Assembly: GCA_013239625.1 (NCBI GenBank)
Contig: MU054220.1
Coordinates: forward strand, 3,535,374 to 3,599,373
DNA length: 64,000 nt
Reading direction: 5' to 3'
From: Lama guanicoe
Taxonomy: Eukaryota
The notes beneath the pieces were generated by a model. That model did no database searches. It was not told the origin of the DNA and saw nothing but the letters and a program-made list of their open reading frames with translations. Positions 62,200 through 64,000 of the stretch are shown in pieces. The translations under genes were made by a program, and so were the position numbers. The stretch's first letter is position 1, and the number at the start of each line of letters is the position of its first letter.

Positions 62200-62880
62200 T
62201 GTGGCGAAACTCTCCCTCCATACCCCGCTTACCAAATTGAGACTCAAGGACAGAATTTTGAATGAAGTAGAAAAAGCAGATTTACTTCTTTATCAGGCAA
62301 AGGAGGTCAAGTGGGCTAACACTTCTAAGATTGTGAGCCTGCTAGGGAGAGAAGGCAGGGGGGTTTATAGTAAAAGTTCAAGAGTTCAACGGGCAGAGCT
62401 ACTTTCCATAGAGATCACATACAGGATAACAAATTGTTGCAAAGTTGTTCTTATTTTTGCAGATGCAGTGGTCCTCTTCCCTTTGCTAGGTGTGAAGTTC
62501 ACCTCCAGCTTTGGGACTCTTTTAATAGTTTTGTACATAGAACAAAGGATGCATAGGAAGGGGGTCAATGGAAAAGAGCACTAGAGAAAAACTTGTGCAG
62601 TTTAAAGTGATAAATGCTTTTAGCTTTTTAAGCAGGCTGCAGCCTGGGACCTCCTGCTGCAAGCTCAGGCCTGCACCTGAAACAATAGGATACAAGGAAA
62701 GTGTAAGGGGCCAAATACAACTGCAGACATGTGCAGTTGGGTTGAGCTATAAACAGCTAGATGCACAAAATACCCAACTGCTGTTTCTAAGGTGTTGGAG
62801 TCAAGAGGAGGACACTAGGGTCAAAAGCAGGGCACTAAGGTCAAAAGCAGGGAACTGAGCATGATCCCCAAACACAGCAT
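62200..62880 (-). mobile_element. ERV LTR-like element(s)
   Basis: Terminal tgtggcgaaac (CA end on the minus strand), a tttacttctttat poly(A)-signal-like region and an internal 20-bp tandem ggtcaaaagcaggg. Confidence 0.55.
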
Positions 62881-63000
62881 TAGTAGAGGGTTGGGCAGAG
62901 CACTCAATCCTCTGTCCTCTCCAGCCCAACCCTGGTCAGCAAGAGCATGAGAAAAAACCTTTAAACCATCATACAGTTCAGCAGCTACAAACAGCATTAC

Positions 63001-63271
63001 ATATCAGATGGTCACCAATGATGACAATAGGGTCCTGCTCAGTTACACAATTGTCCTCACAGCAAAAGCGGTGCTCCTACCGTCTCGGAAAGCCCCCCAA
63101 AGCCACTAGTCCAGCACCAGCTCCATTTCCTAACTGGGCTTGTGGAGTGATCATTTAGATTCTAATTTGTAGAACTTTTGAAGGATAAAGTGTTCTGGAT
63201 GATCCTCGGGGTTGCAGAATCTCCTAGGTGTCCAGTGTGCAGCACCAGGTAAGCCCAAGCACTACCAATGA
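63001..63271 (-). pseudogene. Pseudo-exon (possibly two): IGSAWAYLVLHTGHLGDSATPRII...*...(frameshift)LGNGAGAGLV...*...DPIVIIGDHLI
   Basis: Acceptor cccttag at 63272-63278 and donor gtaatg at 62995-63000. The C-terminal end resembles recalled DNAAF9 GSIIISKDHM. Contains stops and a frameshift. Confidence 0.5.
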
Positions 63272-64000
63272 CTAAGGGTGATTTGTAGCATGTCCTCATC
63301 CTCTCCCTGCCCTGCCCTCCATGGGGCCAGAGAGGCAGCAGCATCCCAAAGGCATCCTTCTGTGACGCCAGTCTTTGGGCTCAAAGCACCCATTGGCCAT
63401 GTCCCATTTCTCTGCAGGGTTTTCACAAGCAGCTGCCCTGAACTGGCACTAAGTGTTTAATTTCCTTTCTCCATGGTACCAAAGCCTTGCCAATCCCTGG
63501 GGAAGTTGCAATGCTGCTTTTTCATTGGGGGCTCTGCCAAGATTTTGTGAATTGGCACTTCTCTCACCCACTGTCCTGCTCTGCCATCCCACTGACGGGC
63601 TTCTCTTTGGCAGCTGGGATGAGAGCTGGTGAGTGGCATTGACGGCTCTCAGCAGAGCTCCTGGCTCAGAGTGGATGTTCCCCAGACAGGAGAGCTCTCC
63701 CACTGCATCTCCCTCAGGGACACCCCATTTCCCATGGCCAGCCGGATAATTTGTGAAGATGCTGCTAATCCTTCCCTCTTTTTTCCTCCCTAGCGGACAG
63801 TTATTTGAGAGAGGGAATGGTGCCACTGGCAGCCCTCTGGGGTCGGTGGGAGCCTGCCCCACCACCTGAAATGCCCTCCCCTGTCCCTGCCCCTCCCCCT
63901 CCCAGGCCACAGAGGCCATGGGCAGGCATGATGCCTCTACTAATGGCTGATATTCTTTGTGGAGGAAGAGTCTAGCCTCAGTTTAAAGATAAGATGGAAT

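Larger units (their letters stand above)
24090..63800 (-). pseudogene. Intron-containing decayed pseudogene of a divergent DNAAF9 (C20orf194/Shulin)-like, CobW-GTPase-domain gene; 5' part lies beyond the window end
   Basis: About 20-25 short minus-strand segments bounded by polypyrimidine-AG acceptors and GT donors, mostly phase-compatible. Their translations match recalled DNAAF9 motifs in collinear order: PIVIIGDHL~SIIISKDHM, IYQALY~IYQAFY, ALPEVEF~KLPELDW, SNAQEVYIPKDLQVL~SISQEPVMRTHLPVL, P-loop, SILALQ~VVQALQ, IYVKCY~LFPKCL, TPHAVF~NPAAAF, FFGNV~FSGNI. Multiple stops and frameshifts. Alignment by eye only. Confidence 0.72.

Noticed and set aside
1..64000. CRISPR arrays, rRNA genes or prokaryote-type operons
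   Set aside because: None seen; the sequence is mammalian and repeat-rich.

Overview
Mammalian genomic DNA, most likely camelid: it carries a Vic-1-like tRNA-derived SINE with target-site duplications and two young L1 3' ends of the type I associate with alpaca/camel. Bases 1-14 kb are an AT-rich stack of nested L1, LTR and Tigger elements. A small CpG-rich patch with a strong CTCF motif sits at about 15.3 kb, and the rest is GC-rich and dense in MIR, L2 and MLT1 repeats. I find no intact protein-coding gene; the supplied ORFs are repeat-derived, low-complexity or random. The main finding is on the minus strand, from about 63.8 kb down to about 24 kb: a chain of roughly 20-25 decayed exons with GT-AG signals and mostly consistent phases. 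Their joined translation follows, in order, the middle and C-terminal domains of DNAAF9/C20orf194 (Shulin) and COG0523/CobW-type GTPases, including a GxxGxGK Walker A. Many in-frame stops, frameshifts and broken splice sites indicate an intron-containing, probably unitary pseudogene of a divergent DNAAF9-like paralog whose 5' part lies beyond the window. All protein comparisons were made by eye against sequences recalled from memory and need confirmation by tblastn or HMM search. Repeat family names and most repeat boundaries are approximate.
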